This document shows, piece by piece, positions 63,136 through 64,000 of a stretch of DNA of 64,000 nt. Under the pieces are notes generated by a model. It saw nothing but the letters and a program-made list of their open reading frames with translations, was not told the origin of the DNA and made no database searches. This DNA comes from Mobula hypostoma. Taxonomy: Eukaryota. Made by a program: the position numbers and the translations under genes. Position 1 is the first letter of the stretch; each line of letters begins with the position of its first letter. Where the stretch lies: NCBI RefSeq assembly GCF_963921235.1, contig NC_086108.1, positions 54,314,001 through 54,378,000 of the forward strand. Direction: 5' to 3'.

Positions 63136-64000
63136 ATTTATTTTCAAAGGGTTAAATGATGTTTGTTATTTTGCTTGTGTATATGTGTAAACAGTATACA
63201 CCTGCATTAGTTAACTTAATTATTCATAAAATGTGTGAAATAACATACTATTAAGAAAATTTTACATTAATTAGACTCAAACTCCTTACAACAATTGAGT
63301 TCCTGTTGAATGCTTTTGCTCATCTTTTTCTTAAATTTGTACTTTATGTGGCTTCTTGTTGCTTTCTGCAACTCTGGGGGCTTTTTGAATTGAACATCCA
63401 GCTCTTGGCACAACATATAATAATTTAGTTGTATCTATGGTTTTGCTTTTGGACTGAAGAATAACATGGAAACAGTGCAATGATGAATTATGGAGAAAAA
63501 TGTCTTTACAACAAGCATTTGACATGGAATGAAGCTACGAAAGGCTGGAGTTTAAGCGTTTGGCATTTCCAGTTTTTGATAATTGTTTGAAAACTTCTAC
63601 ACAACTTTTGACTAACTTTTAATTCCTTTTGAAATATTTTTGCTGTATAAAAATTTAAAGATTATACAGCTTGTCAATATACCTTTAAACAAGAAATTCA
63701 AATGTCAGGATCAGACCATCTTGTTGAGTGAGAGTGCTTTTTATTTTGGAACGTCTCTCAAAATCTTCTTATTCCTTAGAGTATACAATGCATCTGGTGC
63801 TTTAACTGCCTTAAATTTCCACATTAGATGGAGCAACACTTCAAAAAAATAGTGCACTTACCTTTAAAGTGACATTACCTGTGACAGGGCTGGAAAACCT
63901 GCCTTCTTCCATGGCTGTGTACTATTGAGAAAACTTAATGTGCAGAATCTATGTGCAGTATTCACAAACATGGGCATTTTTGCCTGCTGACTTTGATGCC

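Noticed and set aside
55300..64000. 3' end of a neighbouring JAK-family gene on the minus strand (expected from synteny)
   Set aside because: No kinase motifs were seen. An open minus-strand stretch at 63880-64000 with donor-like sites has no recognisable homology.
1..64000. CRISPR arrays, operons, rRNA or true tRNA genes
   Set aside because: The sequence is eukaryotic intron-rich DNA. No spacer-repeat arrays were seen, and the tRNA-like boxes belong to SINE heads.

Overview
This is AT-rich vertebrate DNA, most likely from a cartilaginous fish (ray or skate), inferred from V-domain HE1-like SINEs, abundant CR1 and Rex1 LINEs and Penelope-like elements. It holds the 3' half of one spliced + strand gene of the RAVER family (PTB-binding splicing co-regulators). 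Nine coding exons between 21222 and 53996 splice in frame into a 392-aa C-terminal fragment. The middle of that fragment looks like RAVER2, while its C-terminus and extra PRI-motif exon look like RAVER1. The RRM-coding exons are not in the window. Almost everything else is intronic or downstream transposon debris: CR1, L1/Tx1, Rex1/Babar, Tc1, Tigger/pogo, hAT, a mariner-like foldback MITE, solo LTRs and SINEs. The most interesting non-coding signal is a family of Penelope-like retroelements (PLEs) carrying minimal hammerhead ribozymes. Three of them are inserted as head-to-head inverted pairs, and in two the short inverted arm starts at or within a few nt of the predicted self-cleavage site. 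This suggests ribozyme-defined RNA 5' ends and twin-priming-like integration. Family and orthologue comparisons come from recalled sequences, not from database searches.
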